A DNA stretch of 64,000 nucleotides from Parcubacteria group bacterium Gr01-1014_31 (GTDB lineage: Bacteria > Patescibacteriota > Patescibacteriia > Buchananbacterales > GWA2-38-13), in contig VMFR01000007.1 of the NCBI GenBank assembly GCA_007376135.1, positions 24,287 to 88,286 on the forward strand, read 5' to 3'. The notes below the pieces were generated by a model that worked only from the letters and a program-made list of their open reading frames with translations, had not been told where the DNA came from and did no database searches. Shown here piece by piece: positions 32,970 through 42,844 of the stretch. The stretch's first letter is position 1, and every line of letters begins with the position of its first letter. The translations under genes were made by a program, and so were the position numbers.

Positions 32970-35957
32970 ATGGAGCCGCAAATCAGGACTCTCGTGAAAG
33001 CTTCCGTGGCTACCACCGCTTCTGCTGCGGCAATGTTGACCGTCAGCGCGGTGGCTTTATTTGTGTCGTGGGGATCAATGATGGTTGCCGTTGGCGGGTC
33101 GCTGGGAATTCAGCAAGCCAGATCAACTATCCCAACATCAGGTCTCAGCCTGTCTAAGAGCGAGAGCATTACGTGCCCGAAGATTTTGTATAGAACTTTT
33201 GATTTTGCTACATCGAAGGCCGCCGATAGTATTGCCGAAAGCAAGGTGTTGCAGCTCAAGGAAGATATAGCCCGTCAGGCCAGAATTCGTCAGGTTGAGC
33301 GCTCATTACGAAGGGTGGTTGAGGGGAAAAAGAGCATTACCGATCTTGGGGAGCAGCTTGTTCAGTATCAAAATGCCTTTATTAACCTGATGCGGTCAGA
33401 ACCAACAGCGGCGCTTCGGTATCTCCCTGATCAGGACATGCTCGATTCATTCGGAGAAACAACAGAAAACTGCTTACCCAAGGAAACCCATGAAACCGGC
33501 AGTATGCTGGTGGTACATGCGGATGATTTTGAGAACGAAACGAGTAAAACCGAATATTCCATAAAAACCGAATTTGGGAAGAAATTAATCCTCCATTTCA
33601 CAAAGCAGGATAAATTCATGGAGTCGCGCACAAAGATCAAAATCGCCAAGGGGTATGAGATAAATGGAGAGCTATTGGTAGAGGATTATGAAGTACTATC
33701 GCAACCCGGCAATCCTCCGGCCCTTGGCCCCCAGAAGACCATCGTGGTCGAGATTCGGCCAAGAATTATCGTCTCTGGCGGCAGTTCTGCCGCCGTCGGC
33801 GATGCCTTTCTCACCCCAGAGGAGATACGGCAAGACGTTTTCACCTCAATCGCCCAATTTTATTCCCAGAATTCCTATAACCAACTTCAAATTGTGGGTC
33901 AGGATGGGTTGTCCGGAAATACCGATGATGTTATTGGGCCCGTTCCAATGGATATCACCATTCCAAAATTTTGGTGCAGTTTAGGCGGCACAGAACAGGC
34001 TTGCGAGCCAACCAATCCTCTTAATTGTGCGCGCGGTGATGGCGCCGGGTGTACGCCGAGGAACCAAAATTTATGCCAGCAGGGTGAAGTAAACGGAAGC
34101 TGTGTCCCGGAGTGCTCATTCGATGAACTGCAACAAAAACTCGTTGCCGCGATTGATCCCGTGATCACATTTCAGAATAACGAGCGCATCATTGGCGTTC
34201 TGCCGGAAATACTTTATTGCGGCTGGACCGGTATTGCCAATATAGGTTTAGCGGACACAAAAATCGCGGATGACCCAAATCCCATCCCGCTTTCTTTCAC
34301 TTTTGCCATTCCTCGCATTGGGAAGACGCGTGAAGAGAACAGATACTATGGGGTAAGAACCTTGGCGCACGAAATGGGGCACAATTATGGGAATTTACAT
34401 GCCACGATGTGGGCCTGCTCCAATACGAAGGACCAGGTGCAAAGCTGGGAGGGGCAATCACCGTGTTTCTATGAATACGGAGATCATTTTGATGTCATGG
34501 GGCGGGGTTATCTGCCGAACAGCAATGCCGTCTTAAAAGAAAATCTTGGATGGCTTCCGTCGCAGGACAATAACCATGAGATGCTTATACTTGGGGTAAC
34601 CGATGGCGGGACCTATACTCTTCAACCTATGGGAAGCGGTGGCGTGGAAGCAATAAAAATTCCGCGTAATATGCAAAATACTGATTTTCCAAATCTCTAT
34701 ATTGAATATCGGCGCCCCGAAGGACTGGACAGCAAACTTCCTGATTTTTTTGTAAAACAAGGGCTTGCTTCGGATGTCTTTGAGGGTGCCACGATCCATT
34801 TGGGTAATGCCATGGGCCAGTCATTTCTCATTGATGCCAAACCGCCATACACCACGTCTCTTATGACCGCCTTGCCTTTTGGTGGGAGCTATTATGATCC
34901 GTATTCGGGAGTGAGGATAACCTTAGGGAATGATTCGCCAGGCGGATTGCCCGTCACCATAGTATTTGAAGATATTGATAATGAAGGACCTTTCGTTTCA
35001 GGGTTGCAGAAAATCAGTTCACAAGACTGCGTGGTTGTTTATGAAGCCGCGGCACAAGACCCGAGCGGGATATCCAAGGTGGTGTTCAACCCCGCTCTTC
35101 CAGACCTTGCCCAAGAAGTGGCTGGTCCGCCATACCGTTGGGAAGTGAATTTGATGGATTATCCCGAACAGTATTTGTCCTTTCGGGCATACGACAATAG
35201 CCTGTTGAGGAATTATTCCGACAGCGAAAAAATGGATTTATGGGCGGATGAACCTTTGTGCGCGCATAACATAAAAGTGAAATTCTACTCTCCGTTGGAA
35301 AATTCAGTGCAGAGCAATACAGTAGCGTTTCGTTTCGACGTTTATTCACCGAGTGGGTTAATGCAGGTATTGTCCGACGTAACAGATGGATATGGCCAAC
35401 GTACGCGTATTATTGAAAATTGGATAACCGAACTCGGCCCTTCGGTGATGGAACGGTCATACCACGTTGAGGAAAATCTTATCGGCGGAAGATACCGTTT
35501 CGGCCTGGAAATTATCAATATGGAAGGGCGCACGTTGCGTTTTTTCCACTATTTTGATGTTCGTAATGCCTGCAACGACGGAATAGACAATGATCATGAT
35601 GGAACGATCGATTACGGGGGTGGAGGATCGGGCGGAGACCTCGGATGTGAGAGTGTTGATGATAATAGCGAGGAATCGACTTTTTATCGTTCTGACGTCG
35701 ACATGAGCGGGGGAGCAAATATGACGGATGCCATAATTATTTTGCGCCATTTATTTTTTAGTGACCCTGTCGCTCTTTCCTGCCAGGATGCCGCAGATGT
35801 TGACGATAGCGGGTTTGTGAATATCACCGATCCCATTTATCTACTAAAGTATCTGTTCGCTACTGATAATCCACCGCCGCCCGCGCCCTATAACCAATGT
35901 GGGCTTGATATGACCAGTGATACCATCGGCTGCCGCAGTTTCCCTTCCTGCGAGTAG
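32970..35957 (+). CDS. Secreted zinc metalloprotease (HEMGHNYGNLH zincin motif) with a C-terminal dockerin-like module. The gene is conspicuously AT-rich.
   Basis: HExxH...H motif at ~34370. C-terminal segment MTDAIIILRHLFF...LSCQDAADVDDSGFVNITDPIYLLKYLFATDNPPPPAPYNQCG matches the module of the 9036-11659 protein. Confidence 0.7.
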   Translation: MEPQIRTLVKASVATTASAAAMLTVSAVALFVSWGSMMVAVGGSLGIQQARSTIPTSGLSLSKSESITCPKILYRTFDFATSKAADSIAESKVLQLKEDIARQARIRQVERSLRRVVEGKKSITDLGEQLVQYQNAFINLMRSEPTAALRYLPDQDMLDSFGETTENCLPKETHETGSMLVVHADDFENETSKTEYSIKTEFGKKLILHFTKQDKFMESRTKIKIAKGYEINGELLVEDYEVLSQPGNPPALGPQKTIVVEIRPRIIVSGGSSAAVGDAFLTPEEIRQDVFTSIAQFYSQNSYNQLQIVGQDGLSGNTDDVIGPVPMDITIPKFWCSLGGTEQACEPTNPLNCARGDGAGCTPRNQNLCQQGEVNGSCVPECSFDELQQKLVAAIDPVITFQNNERIIGVLPEILYCGWTGIANIGLADTKIADDPNPIPLSFTFAIPRIGKTREENRYYGVRTLAHEMGHNYGNLHATMWACSNTKDQVQSWEGQSPCFYEYGDHFDVMGRGYLPNSNAVLKENLGWLPSQDNNHEMLILGVTDGGTYTLQPMGSGGVEAIKIPRNMQNTDFPNLYIEYRRPEGLDSKLPDFFVKQGLASDVFEGATIHLGNAMGQSFLIDAKPPYTTSLMTALPFGGSYYDPYSGVRITLGNDSPGGLPVTIVFEDIDNEGPFVSGLQKISSQDCVVVYEAAAQDPSGISKVVFNPALPDLAQEVAGPPYRWEVNLMDYPEQYLSFRAYDNSLLRNYSDSEKMDLWADEPLCAHNIKVKFYSPLENSVQSNTVAFRFDVYSPSGLMQVLSDVTDGYGQRTRIIENWITELGPSVMERSYHVEENLIGGRYRFGLEIINMEGRTLRFFHYFDVRNACNDGIDNDHDGTIDYGGGGSGGDLGCESVDDNSEESTFYRSDVDMSGGANMTDAIIILRHLFFSDPVALSCQDAADVDDSGFVNITDPIYLLKYLFATDNPPPPAPYNQCGLDMTSDTIGCRSFPSCE

Positions 35958-35968
35958 CGCGTGATACC

Positions 35969-35998
35969 ACAAGGACAGGATTCCCATCCTGTCCTTGG
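35969..35998. terminator. Hairpin between convergent genes (candidate bidirectional terminator)
   Basis: caaggacagga-ttccca-tcctgtccttg perfect 11-bp stem. Confidence 0.45.
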
Positions 35999-36022
35999 TT
36001 GTGCTTATGGTAGGGTCGCGGT

Positions 36023-37075
36023 CTAGACGTTGAACCGGAACACCACCACGTCGCCGTCCTGCACGAGGTAGGTTTTGCCTTCCTGGCGGACGAGGCCCCT
36101 GGCCTTGGCGTTCGTTTCGCCGCCGCAGTCCAGCAGCGTTTTCCAGTTGATGACCTCGGCGCAGATAAAGCCGCGTTCAAAATCGGAATGGATTTTGCCG
36201 GCGGCTTCCGGCGCGGCCGCACCCTTGCGCACGGTCCACGCGCGGGTTTCCTTCGGTCCGGACGTGAGAAAAGTGATGAGCCCCAGGGCCTCGTACGCGG
36301 CGCGAATCAGGCGGTCCAGCCCACTGGCGGAAAGGCCGAGTTCTTTGAGGTAGGCGGTGCGTTCGGCATCCTCCAACTCGGCCAACTCCGCCTCGATCTT
36401 GGCGCAGATAGTGACGGTACCGGGGAGGTCGGTGCCGGCCTGGGCTTCATCCACGTTGCTGATCTCAAGGATGGGTTTGAGCGTCAGCAGGTTGAACGAT
36501 TTGACGACGGCAAGCTCTTCCGTCGAGAGGGGAAGTTCGCGCGCCAGTTTTCCCTGGTCGAGATGGGCCTTGAGTTTCGCCAGCACCGTGGCGGCCGCCT
36601 GGGCGTCCTTATCCTGCCCCTTGGCTTTTCGCAGCTCTTCGTTCAACCGTTTTTCCACGGTCTGCAGGTCGGCGTAGATAAGCTCCAATTTGATGGTTTC
36701 GCGGTCTGCCGCCGGGTTGACGACGCCGCTGACGTGGATGATGTTGGGGTCACTGAAGCTGCGCACCACATGCGCGATGGCGTCCACCTCCCGAATGTGG
36801 GAGAGGAATTTATTGCCCAAACCCTCGCCTTTGTGGGCGCCCTTCACGAGGCCGGCGATGTCCACGAACTCCACGGCCGTCGGAATGACTTTCGCCGACT
36901 GGTTGAGTTGGGCCAGCTGCGCCAAGCGTTCGTCGGGGACCGTGACGACGCCGACATTCGGCGCGATGGTGCAGAACGGGTAGTTGGCGATATCGACGGT
37001 TTTTTTGGTCAGCGCCTTGAAGAGCGTGCTTTTACCGACGTTGGGCAGCCCGACGATGCCGATGGCAAATGACAT
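36023..37075 (-). CDS. ychF: Ribosome-binding ATPase YchF (Obg-family GTPase)
   Basis: G1 GIVGLPNVGKST, NYPFCTI, G4 and TGS domain at the C-terminus. Start at MSFAIG. Confidence 0.9.
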   Translation of the reverse strand: MSFAIGIVGLPNVGKSTLFKALTKKTVDIANYPFCTIAPNVGVVTVPDERLAQLAQLNQSAKVIPTAVEFVDIAGLVKGAHKGEGLGNKFLSHIREVDAIAHVVRSFSDPNIIHVSGVVNPAADRETIKLELIYADLQTVEKRLNEELRKAKGQDKDAQAAATVLAKLKAHLDQGKLARELPLSTEELAVVKSFNLLTLKPILEISNVDEAQAGTDLPGTVTICAKIEAELAELEDAERTAYLKELGLSASGLDRLIRAAYEALGLITFLTSGPKETRAWTVRKGAAAPEAAGKIHSDFERGFICAEVINWKTLLDCGGETNAKARGLVRQEGKTYLVQDGDVVVFRFNV

Positions 37076-37230
37076 AGAGATGAAAATGGCTGACGAGGGC
37101 GCAGGATGTGAGTACTTCGTCCTTTGGCGAATGGTGGTTATTGTGGTATACTCAAGCCACTTCGTCAAGCATGCTGGAGGCGCAAGTGCGGTTTTTGGTA
37201 GCATCCAGCTCCATCAATAGGAGGCATTAC

Positions 37231-40200
37231 ATGGCAGACGGCAACGGCGGCAGGGGCGCCGTGCGACGGTTCCGTTCCGCGCAGTCAGCGCGAAGATTTG
37301 GGCTGGCCTGGCTGGCTGGTTTTTTTATTGCCACCGTCGCGCTGGCGCAAACGGGGACAATGAACTCCACTGCACCGGTAGTCGCTTTTGTCCGGCCGCC
37401 GAGCAGTCCTGTTGCCGCCAGCACGTTCCTGTTCGCGAGCGTCAGCACACCTCTCTCCGGTCTCAAGCAGGTGGAATTTTCGGTTCACAGCGCTACCCAG
37501 ACGTGGAAGTTTCCTGCTGATTATGTTCCCGACCTTAATTTGTGGAAATTCTACTGGGAGTTGAAGGATCTGCCCGACGACGCGTACGTGGTGACGGCCT
37601 ATGCCGCCACGACCGATGACCAGTACGGAAAGGCGGATCTGTATCTCACGGTGGCGCGGGGGAGTGGAAGTGAGAGTGGCGGTTCCGGCAGCACGACGGA
37701 TACCTCAACATCGGGAACCGCGGAAGTACCGACGGCTTCTGGCGGCACAACATCATCGGATACCAGCAGCGGCGGTGGTGGAACCGCGGCGCCGTACGTG
37801 TATATCTCCTCGCCGTCCAGCGGCACCACCGTCGGGTCGGTACTCAAGCTGCAGGCCCATGCTTCTGCCGATATTGGCGCTGTCACATTTTCACTTGATA
37901 CTACCGCGACTGCGGTTTCACCAGATGCCATCGGCAGTGCGGTCAGCTTAGGCAACGGGTTGTGGGAGTACGCCGTGGCGGCGTCGTCTGTTCCCGCCGG
38001 TCAATATACGGTTGCCGTGAGCGGCCAAGCCAAAGAGACGGCCGTAAAAGGAAGTAACAGCATCACCATCATCGTGCCGGCCCCGACCACGACGCTGGCA
38101 CCGTTCGGGGTTGCTTTCCGCAACCCGCCCGTCGGGCCAATCAGCAGCGACAAGTACCTGTTCGTGCAGTCGACCGCGTCCACGGTCACCCTGCAGCGGG
38201 TGAATTTCCGCGTCGAAGGCGTTGGCATTAACCGCGGATACGACGGCGCGCCCGTGCCTGACCTTGGGTTGTTCCAGCTCTACTGGGAGCTGAAAGACTT
38301 TCCCGATGGCAGTTACCGCATCACCGCCGATGCCCAAAGCGCTGATGGCCGGCAGGCCGCGACCGAGTTGTACCTCGTGGTCACCCGTACCGGCACCACA
38401 TCTGCTCCTCCAGTTCTCCAGTTCACTTGGCTGGAGCCGAAGGTTAGTTTACTGCAGGGGAAGGTGACGGTGGTCGTTTCCACCGATCCGGCGGTCGGGG
38501 TGTTGCAGTTGCGCTTTTTGGGCCCGGTGAACGGCAGCCTGCAGCCGGCATTGGTCAGCGGAAGATGGGTGGCAACGTGGGATACGACGAATTTGCCGGC
38601 GGGCGCCTACCAGTTGGTTGCCGTCGTGATCCAAAGCGGGGTGGCGACGGAAAGCAAACCGTGGGCGGTGCATGTCGCCTCCGCGGTCGAACCGACGATT
38701 GCCGAAGATGATTCAGACCTGCTGGTATTGACCCCAAAATCGCAGTCCGTGCTGCAGAAAGAAGCGATCTTTTCCGGCACTGCGGCCGGCGCAACGAATG
38801 TCCGGCTCACCCTGAAGAACGAGCTGCGCGCGTATGCGCTGCCGGGCGCGTTGGTACGCCCAGATGGTGGGTGGGAGCTGCTCTGGGATACGCGCAAGGC
38901 CGTGAATGGCGCGTATACGCTGCTCGCGGCTGCGGAATTCCCCGATGGGGCCGTTGTGGGCCCGTCGATACCCGTGGAGGTCAACAACGAAACGATTACC
39001 GCCGCCCCCGCTGAAGCGGTGAACGATAACCAACCGCCGTCGGTGTGGCTTGGGCCCGACCGCACCGTCACCACGCCGGTTGTTGCGCTCCATGGCGCCG
39101 TTAAAGACGACGGAAAGCCGGTTCCTCCAGGGCGTTTGACCCATCGGTGGTCGTCCCCCGAGGGAGGCGTCGCTTTTTCCCCCCCGGACGCGCTGGATAC
39201 CAAGGCCCAGTTTTCCAGCTCGGGAAAATATACGATCCGTTTGGAGGTCAGCGACGGTGTTCGTGCCGGACGCGATGAGCTGGTGGTCATTGTCGCGCTG
39301 CCTCAGGCGGAGGACAAGGAGCAGGTAGCACCGCCCCCGCTGGCGCAACTGGTCACGCCGGTTATCGTATTGCCCCAGGAGTGCCGCGCGGTGGGGATAA
39401 CGAATGCCGATGCCTGCAAGCGGTGGATGTTCGAGCATGTGCGCGAGCAAAACTGCCCCTCGGGAGGCGCGGCAAAGTCTGCCTGCGTGGACCAGCAGCG
39501 CCGCGAGTCGCTGCCCGCGGAGTGTATTCGCGAGGGTATCGCGGATGTGGCTGCGTGCCAGAACTATTTGGACCGTCGGACCCTGCCGGAAGTCTGCTGG
39601 AAGGCAGGCAAGGGCACGCGAACGGAGTGCGAGCGCTGGCTGCGGGAGCAATTGTTCGAGCCCGCTTGTCAGCAGGTCGGCATCACGGAAACGATCGCTT
39701 GTGAACAGTATTTGAAAGAACGGCTTTCCCCAACGCTGGCGTGCCGGTTGTCTGCGGCGGCGACGTGTGGACCCGTGGTGGACCGTCAATTGCCTACGAT
39801 CGTGGCCGGTGAGCAACGCTTGGAGGAACTGAATAACGCGGTGGGTGAACGGCTGAAAACGCCCATTACCCTTGACCCCGAACAGCAGCGGGTGCTGCCG
39901 ACCGCCGGAGCTCGGCCGACGGTGGAGCAGGTGGTTCCCTTCGCGCTCATCGCTCCCCTGCCGGTACAGTTCGTTCCTTCCCAGGGGGCGGTGGTCGTCC
40001 GCAAGGATGAGAGTATCACCGTGGCGGGACCGGCCGTGGTGGTGCTGGATGCCGACGGCGACGGCCTGCCGGACGACGTGGAGGAACGGCTTGGGTCGAA
40101 TCCCGCGGCTGCCGACACCGACGGTGATGGCTTCTCTGACCGCGAGGAGGTGGCGAACGGGTACAGTCCTACAGTCGCCGGAAGCATCCCCGCCGCGGTG

Positions 40201-40707
40201 GCGCCGGTCGAGCGGGCATTGGCGGCCCAGCGGCCCTTGCAACAGCCCTTGTTCATCACCGAAGCGTCGGACCGGCTGGCCGTCGACACCGTACGCACGC
40301 CGCCGGAGGTTCCCGGCGGGGGAAGCGCGCTGCAGTTCCAGGGCCGTGGCACGCCTGACGAGGTGGTAACGCTGTTCATCTATAGTTCGTTGCCGCTGGT
40401 GGTGACCACGCGCGTCAATGCGGATGGCAACTGGACCTACAGCCTGCGCCAGTCGTTGCTGGATGGCGCCCATGAGGTCTACGTCACGGTCAATGATGAC
40501 ACCGGCAGCGTTGTTTCTCGCAGCGCGCCGTTGTCGTTCTTCATCCGTGAGGCGCGTGCCGTTTCCCCGCGCGACGTGTTCAGTCCCCCGCCCGCACCCG
40601 CGGCGTACCGTCCCGCCAAGCTGTACCTGCCGATCGCGGGGTTAGTGGTTTTTGCGGGTGTTTTCCTTTTCATCGCACTCTACGGCGCGTTGCGGCGCCA
40701 CGCGTAG
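37231..40707 (+). CDS. Large C-terminally anchored surface protein: signal peptide, several Ig-like beta-sandwich domains, a Cys-rich region, TSP3 repeats, C-terminal TM anchor
   Basis: AGGAGG lies 6 nt upstream of the ATG. Cys-rich segment ~39370-39790. DADGDGLPDD/DTDGDGFSDREE repeats. C-terminal LPIAGLVVFAGVFLFIALYGALRRHA. Confidence 0.7.
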   Translation: MADGNGGRGAVRRFRSAQSARRFGLAWLAGFFIATVALAQTGTMNSTAPVVAFVRPPSSPVAASTFLFASVSTPLSGLKQVEFSVHSATQTWKFPADYVPDLNLWKFYWELKDLPDDAYVVTAYAATTDDQYGKADLYLTVARGSGSESGGSGSTTDTSTSGTAEVPTASGGTTSSDTSSGGGGTAAPYVYISSPSSGTTVGSVLKLQAHASADIGAVTFSLDTTATAVSPDAIGSAVSLGNGLWEYAVAASSVPAGQYTVAVSGQAKETAVKGSNSITIIVPAPTTTLAPFGVAFRNPPVGPISSDKYLFVQSTASTVTLQRVNFRVEGVGINRGYDGAPVPDLGLFQLYWELKDFPDGSYRITADAQSADGRQAATELYLVVTRTGTTSAPPVLQFTWLEPKVSLLQGKVTVVVSTDPAVGVLQLRFLGPVNGSLQPALVSGRWVATWDTTNLPAGAYQLVAVVIQSGVATESKPWAVHVASAVEPTIAEDDSDLLVLTPKSQSVLQKEAIFSGTAAGATNVRLTLKNELRAYALPGALVRPDGGWELLWDTRKAVNGAYTLLAAAEFPDGAVVGPSIPVEVNNETITAAPAEAVNDNQPPSVWLGPDRTVTTPVVALHGAVKDDGKPVPPGRLTHRWSSPEGGVAFSPPDALDTKAQFSSSGKYTIRLEVSDGVRAGRDELVVIVALPQAEDKEQVAPPPLAQLVTPVIVLPQECRAVGITNADACKRWMFEHVREQNCPSGGAAKSACVDQQRRESLPAECIREGIADVAACQNYLDRRTLPEVCWKAGKGTRTECERWLREQLFEPACQQVGITETIACEQYLKERLSPTLACRLSAAATCGPVVDRQLPTIVAGEQRLEELNNAVGERLKTPITLDPEQQRVLPTAGARPTVEQVVPFALIAPLPVQFVPSQGAVVVRKDESITVAGPAVVVLDADGDGLPDDVEERLGSNPAAADTDGDGFSDREEVANGYSPTVAGSIPAAVAPVERALAAQRPLQQPLFITEASDRLAVDTVRTPPEVPGGGSALQFQGRGTPDEVVTLFIYSSLPLVVTTRVNADGNWTYSLRQSLLDGAHEVYVTVNDDTGSVVSRSAPLSFFIREARAVSPRDVFSPPPAPAAYRPAKLYLPIAGLVVFAGVFLFIALYGALRRHA

Positions 40708-40717
40708 TTCTGCCGCC

Positions 40718-40827
40718 TATGCCCGGTAGTACAACCGACCAATCTATCTTTAGCGCCCACCGCCGTTCTTCCGCGTCACCGATTCCCCCCTTTTTCTACA
40801 CTCGACCGTTGTACTACCGGGTATGCC
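40718..40827. promoter_or_regulatory. Inverted pair of the ~22-nt ATGCCCGGTAGTACAACCG element flanking a 60-nt spacer. The 3' copy overlaps the histidine-kinase start codon.
   Basis: Forward copy 40718-40740, reverse copy 40800-40827. The two can form a ~18-bp helix that includes the AUG at 40823. Confidence 0.5.
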
Positions 40828-42223
40828 TCGCCCATCGGTGTTGAAACGAATGTTTGCCGATGAGCGGGTGCAGATCGGCTACGGCTTGTTGTTGATCCTC
40901 TTGATACCGAGCGCGATCATCGTCGCGACCGTTGCCACCATCGCCCGCTACAGCCAGACCATCGATATTACCCTGCAGCGGCAAGCATTGCTGGTGGGGA
41001 GGGTGTTCGGGGCGACGGTATGGGAGCAAGGGATCGCTCCCGTGACGTTGCAGCGCCGCGTGGAAGCGGTCGCCGCCGCCAACGCCGATATTCTGGGGTT
41101 GCAGGTGTTCACGCCCCATCGGGACGGTTTTGAGATCATCGCGAGTGTCGTGCCCGAGCAGGTCGGGACTGTGGCGGCGTCGGCCTACTATACCTACGCC
41201 TGGCAGCAAGCGGAGCGCGAAGGTTTGGCCACCGATTACCTCGGCGAGCCGTTGTTGGGCAGCCGTGCCGGCGCCAGCACGGGGGATCGTTACTGGCTGG
41301 TAACGCTGCCGCTGTTCGCCGACGTCGAGGGGGACGGCCACCGCGAGCGCGTCGCGCTGCTATCATTGCAGCTGTCGTCGGGCATCGTCGACGAGCAAGC
41401 GGCGGCCAGCTGGCGGTCGGCGGTCATCGGCCTGACGTTCACGGTCCTGCTGACCGTGCTGTTCTTGGCGGCGGCCACGCGGTTGTGGAGTTACGCCACC
41501 CTCTATCGTAAGATCAAGGAGGTCGACCAGATGAAGGACGAGTTCATTTCCATCGCCAGCCACGAGCTGCGCACGCCCATTACTGCCATCCGCGGCTATG
41601 TGTCGATGGCCATCGACGGTGATTTCGGTTCGGTCCCCGAGAAACTCCGGACGGGATTGGAGCGCATCAACGGCGCCGGCAAACGTCTCGGCGACCTGGT
41701 CGAGGACCTTCTGAATGTCTCGCGCATCGAGCAGGGACGCCTCAGCGTGTCGTTCCAGCCGCTGGATCTGGGTGAGGTGACTGGCGGCGTCATCGAAGAG
41801 CTGCGGCCTACCGCCGTGCAGAAACAATTGACGTGCGAGTATGTCGCGCCGACGTCTCCGGTCAAGGTGATGGCCGACCCCGACCGGCTCAAGCAGGTGT
41901 TGTTCAATCTGGTCGGCAATGCCATCAAGTATACGCCCAAGGGCAGCGTGACGGTCACCGTTAGCCTGCAGGAGCACGGCGGCTGCGTGCGGGTCAAAGA
42001 TACGGGACTGGGGATCTCGGCGGCCGACCAGGCGCGCTTGTTCACGAAATTCTATCGCGTGGCGAGCGACCAGACCCGGGCCATTTCCGGAACCGGCCTG
42101 GGCTTGTGGATCACTCGTCAGCTGGTTTCCCTGATGCGCGGGGAAATCACGCTCGAAAGCATCGAGGGTACGGGCACCCAGGTGACCGTCGTGTTGCCAA
42201 CACCGAAGTCCGCCGCCACATAG
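40823..42223 (+). CDS. Sensor histidine kinase with two TM helices and a periplasmic sensor
   Basis: HisKA H-box SHELRTPITAIRGY; N, G1 and G2 boxes of HATPase_c. No cognate response regulator is adjacent. Confidence 0.85.
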   Translation: MPRPSVLKRMFADERVQIGYGLLLILLIPSAIIVATVATIARYSQTIDITLQRQALLVGRVFGATVWEQGIAPVTLQRRVEAVAAANADILGLQVFTPHRDGFEIIASVVPEQVGTVAASAYYTYAWQQAEREGLATDYLGEPLLGSRAGASTGDRYWLVTLPLFADVEGDGHRERVALLSLQLSSGIVDEQAAASWRSAVIGLTFTVLLTVLFLAAATRLWSYATLYRKIKEVDQMKDEFISIASHELRTPITAIRGYVSMAIDGDFGSVPEKLRTGLERINGAGKRLGDLVEDLLNVSRIEQGRLSVSFQPLDLGEVTGGVIEELRPTAVQKQLTCEYVAPTSPVKVMADPDRLKQVLFNLVGNAIKYTPKGSVTVTVSLQEHGGCVRVKDTGLGISAADQARLFTKFYRVASDQTRAISGTGLGLWITRQLVSLMRGEITLESIEGTGTQVTVVLPTPKSAAT

Positions 42224-42225
42224 GT

Positions 42226-42600
42226 ATGCAACAAATACTCGTTCTTACGCTGGCAGCGGTGGTTCTGGCCGCCGGGTGCGCGCGCGGCGGCGGTGCCGTG
42301 GATGCGGCGAGCGGCGTTGGCGCGGCGCGGACCAAGCTGGAGCGAGTGGACCCGCAAATGGCCGCCGTTCAGTGTCAGCAGCTCTGCCGGCAGCAAGCCA
42401 GCCTTGGCGCCGATCTGACGGTCGGTCCGTGCCTCGGTGATCCGGTCCCCGGTCTTGAAAATTGGGTCTGCGACGTTGCAAGCCAGCCACGGCAGGCCGC
42501 AGACAATGATCCCGCGAATCAGTGCAAAGCGTTCCGAGCCGGCAGTGCACCACATTTTGTCGAGGTCGATAAGGATTGCAATGTTATCAAAATTCGCTAA
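42226..42600 (+). CDS. Small lipoprotein (lipobox LAAGC), four Cys in the mature part
   Basis: MQQILVLTLAAVVLAAGC signal-II type N-terminus. Starts 3 nt after the kinase stop. Confidence 0.5.
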   Translation: MQQILVLTLAAVVLAAGCARGGGAVDAASGVGAARTKLERVDPQMAAVQCQQLCRQQASLGADLTVGPCLGDPVPGLENWVCDVASQPRQAADNDPANQCKAFRAGSAPHFVEVDKDCNVIKIR

Positions 42601-42601
42601 G

Positions 42602-42784
42602 ATGGAAACACCAATCCTTTCTATGCCCTACGTTTCTCCCCTGGACCAGCATAAGCTGGTTGCCGTCGACACCAAGGCTCGAGTGCGCACCACCATGACC
42701 ACCGTTTTCTTGGCAGTGACGATCGTGACGGCGGTGGCGGCGGTCGCGGCTGCGGTGGCGACCATCTTGCAGCCGGTTACTTAG
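42602..42784 (+). CDS. Small protein with C-terminal TM helix (60 aa)
   Basis: METPILSM...TVFLAVTIVTAVAAVAAAVATIL. Weak call on coding potential only. Confidence 0.3.
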   Translation: METPILSMPYVSPLDQHKLVAVDTKARVRTTMTTVFLAVTIVTAVAAVAAAVATILQPVT

Positions 42785-42803
42785 CGGCAACATAAAAATA
42801 AAT

Positions 42804-42833
42804 AAAAAACCGGGCTGTCCGCCCGGTTTTTTT
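42804..42833. terminator. Bidirectional Rho-independent terminator
   Basis: aaaaaaccgggc-tgtcc-gcccggttttttt. Confidence 0.7.
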
Positions 42834-42844
42834 ATCGCCGTTCG

